Source: Synechococcus sp. A15-28 (GTDB taxonomy: Bacteria > Cyanobacteriota > Cyanobacteriia > PCC-6307 > Cyanobiaceae). Taken from it: 32,000 bases of DNA. A program made the translations under genes and the position numbers. Position 1 is the first letter of the stretch. Each line of letters begins with the position of its first letter. Below the pieces are notes generated by a model. It searched no databases and had not been told where the DNA came from. It worked only from the letters and a program-made list of their open reading frames with translations. Shown in pieces: positions 29,936 to 32,000 of the stretch. The stretch lies in the NCBI RefSeq assembly GCF_014280175.1, contig NZ_CP047931.1, positions 1,920,001-1,952,000 of the forward strand, in the 5' to 3' direction.

Positions 29936-31497
29936 AGCGGCGCTGAGCCGTAATCACGTTCCAGCAAAGACAGAACCGTGCGGCCGAAATCGCCGGGATT
30001 CTGATCAAAGGCCTCCAGGCAGACGCGACCGAAGGTGCTGCCCATCGGCTCCGGATTCCAGAGCAGCTTGCGTGCCGTCCACGGCATCATGCTCATCGGG
30101 TTGTATCCAGGTTTGATCAGACCCTGATCAAAGCCGTATTGCTCCAGATGGGTGTGCGGCTGCAATCCGATGAAGAAGATCGCCGGTTCGACGCGATCGG
30201 CACCAAAGATCGTTTCCAACTCACGGTGATAGGCAACGGTCTGACGAATGGTTTCGGGCCGTTCATCAATCACGTTGAAGGAGTAATTCACCGACACGTG
30301 ATCACGGAACCCGGCATCAGCCAGCATCCGGCAGCTCTCCAGCACGGTTCTGAGGTTGTACCCCATGCGCATCTTGCGAACGAGTTCCTGGGAACCGGAG
30401 GTGATGCCGATCTCGAAGTAGCTCATGCCCGTCTCCACCATCAGTTGCGCCAGCTCGGGATCGAGGTTGTCGGCGCGGATGTAGGCAGCCCAACGGATGC
30501 CGGTGAGCCCCTCAGCTTTGATGGCTCGCAGTAATTCCTTGGCGTCCTCGATGTAGCGACGGGCAGGGATGAACTGAGCATCGGTGAACCAGAAGCCACG
30601 CACCCCACGGTCGTAGAGCTGACGCATTTCCTTCACCACCTCCTCCACCGGATTCAGGCGAACCTGCTTGCCCTCAACAACGGTGTAGACGCAGTAGCAA
30701 CAGTTGTGGGGACAGCCGCGTTTGGTCTGCACGCCGACGTAGAAGTCGCCCCCCTCGAGGTACCAGTTGAGCTGAGGCCAGATCGAGGCGATGTAGTCGT
30801 AATCGCAGGCGGTCTTGGGCCGACTTTCCGGCTGTTCGTGGATCAATCCAGGGCGGGGTGACTCGCCCACCACAAAGCAACGTTCCTCATCGAGGGACGC
30901 TCCCTGGATCAACTTCTCCAGCAGAGGTTCCCCTTCACCGATGGACACGATGGTTCCCTTCGGCAAGGAGCGCCCAAGCTGCTCGTAAAACACGCTGACC
31001 GCCCCGCCCCCAAGAACGGCACGGGCTGCCGGGTGATAACGACGGGCCTGTCGCAGTCCGGATCGCACCAAACCCTGATTGCGAAACAACTCTCCGTAAT
31101 GGGTGGTCATCAGCCGCAGTCCACCCAGAGCACCGTGCAGGCGCTTGAACGGGTTGCGGGCATAGAACACTTCAAAGGAGTTCTGAAGTGGATTGCCACC
31201 CCGTCCGTCGACGGGCGCGTAGATCTGGATGTCCCGCCAGGAGAACACCAGAAGCGTGGGCCGGAACTGATCGACGGTGGAGAGCAGGACCCGCTGAACG
31301 TCGAGGACTGGCAAGGCCGCCAGGTCAAGAATGCGTTGCGGCATTCCTGGAAAGCATTTGTGCAGATGGTCCGCCAGATAGATCGGACCGATCGGAAAAA
31401 TCGGATTACAGGGGAGCCGCACCAGCAGCACCCGTTCCTGGTTTGAGAACAACGCTGCTGCTGCAGGGATTTTCGGGACGCTAACAAGCGCCACCAC
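29875..31497 (-). CDS. Radical SAM protein with N-terminal B12-binding-like domain
   Basis: N-terminal RVLLVRLPCNPIFPIGPIYLADHLHK...ILDLAAL, GEGEPLLEKLI, cluster motif GCPHNCCYCVYTVVEG, and IRWAAYIRADNLDPELAQLMVETGMSYFEIGITSGSQE. Confidence 0.88.
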   Translation of the reverse strand: MVALVSVPKIPAAAALFSNQERVLLVRLPCNPIFPIGPIYLADHLHKCFPGMPQRILDLAALPVLDVQRVLLSTVDQFRPTLLVFSWRDIQIYAPVDGRGGNPLQNSFEVFYARNPFKRLHGALGGLRLMTTHYGELFRNQGLVRSGLRQARRYHPAARAVLGGGAVSVFYEQLGRSLPKGTIVSIGEGEPLLEKLIQGASLDEERCFVVGESPRPGLIHEQPESRPKTACDYDYIASIWPQLNWYLEGGDFYVGVQTKRGCPHNCCYCVYTVVEGKQVRLNPVEEVVKEMRQLYDRGVRGFWFTDAQFIPARRYIEDAKELLRAIKAEGLTGIRWAAYIRADNLDPELAQLMVETGMSYFEIGITSGSQELVRKMRMGYNLRTVLESCRMLADAGFRDHVSVNYSFNVIDERPETIRQTVAYHRELETIFGADRVEPAIFFIGLQPHTHLEQYGFDQGLIKPGYNPMSMMPWTARKLLWNPEPMGSTFGRVCLEAFDQNPGDFGRTVLSLLERDYGSAPLQDALRAPVSGRAALATAVS

Positions 31498-31563
31498 GAA
31501 CAGCGCTCAACCATCCTTCACATTTGCTTTGTAAACGGGAGAACACACCTCTCAACCTTCCGT

Positions 31564-31635
31564 TACATTGGTGTGAGGCAGGGCGTCCCTGCCCTTCCTT
31601 AAACCGTTCCTTCGGGAACACTTCTTTCCGTTCTC
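31564..31635 (+). promoter_or_regulatory. psbA upstream/leader region: possible -10 TACATT followed by two hairpins
   Basis: TACATT at 31564-31569; hairpin GGCAGGG-cgt-CCCTGCC at 31577-31593; hairpin GTTCC-TTCG-GGAAC at 31606-31619 before the ATG at 31636. Confidence 0.45.
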
Positions 31636-32000
31636 ATGACCACCACCCTCCAGCAGCGCTCCGGCGCTTCCAGCTGGCAGGCCTTCTGCGAGTGGGTCAC
31701 CTCCACCAACAACCGTCTGTATGTCGGTTGGTTCGGTGTGCTGATGATCCCCACCCTGCTGGCTGCCACCATCTGCTTCGTCATCGCTTTCGTCGCCGCT
31801 CCTCCGGTTGACATCGATGGCATCCGCGAGCCTGTCGCTGGCTCCCTGATCTACGGCAACAACATCATCTCCGGTGCTGTTGTTCCTTCCAGCAACGCCA
31901 TCGGCCTGCACTTCTATCCCATCTGGGAAGCCGCTTCTCTCGATGAGTGGCTGTACAACGGCGGTCCTTTCCAGCTCGTCGTCTTCCACTTCCTGATCGG
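31636..32000 (+). CDS. psbA: Photosystem II D1 protein, 5' part (truncated by window edge)
   Basis: [122 protein letters not shown]. Confidence 0.98.
   Translation, partial: MTTTLQQRSGASSWQAFCEWVTSTNNRLYVGWFGVLMIPTLLAATICFVIAFVAAPPVDIDGIREPVAGSLIYGNNIISGAVVPSSNAIGLHFYPIWEAASLDEWLYNGGPFQLVVFHFLI

Noticed and set aside
31552-31989. 145-aa minus-strand ORF across the psbA 5' region
   Set aside because: It is the reverse complement of D1 coding sequence. An antisense RNA is possible but cannot be inferred from this ORF.
31636-32000. Assigning psbA to the D1:1 or D1:2 isoform
   Set aside because: The diagnostic residue 130 (Gln or Glu) falls beyond the window; the visible part reaches only residue 122.

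Overview
This window looks like ordinary core chromosome of a marine picocyanobacterium (Synechococcus/Cyanobium-like; inferred from protein features, no database search). Left part: a C-terminal CDS fragment, a CbiG-CobJ fusion for cobalamin synthesis, a clear cobalamin riboswitch, a HupE/UreJ-type membrane protein, an SLH-domain porin 8 nt further on, a frameshifted small gene, two small hypothetical ORFs, tRNA-Pro(CGG), lipA and a YciI-like protein. Middle: a large glutamate synthase gene on the minus strand, a phosphodiester-glycosidase-family protein, a divergent A-type Fe-S carrier-like ORF, and the str-type cluster rpsL-rpsG-fusA-tuf-rpsJ with hairpins in its intergenic regions. Right part: a Lon substrate-binding-domain protein, an MPBQ/tocopherol-type methyltransferase, pheA, a DUF1997-like protein, rnhB, rne, a radical SAM-DUF2344 fusion, dapL, clpS, a CPBP-type protease, a second radical SAM protein, and the 5' part of psbA at the window edge. 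I found no convincing undescribed defence or mobile system, no CRISPR array and no IS element. The best second-look items are the riboswitch-hupE-porin arrangement, the one-base frameshift at about 4920-4931, the two uncharacterised radical SAM proteins (one next to rne, one divergent from psbA), a perfect dyad in a divergent intergenic region, structured leaders, and repeated tail-to-tail coding overlaps.
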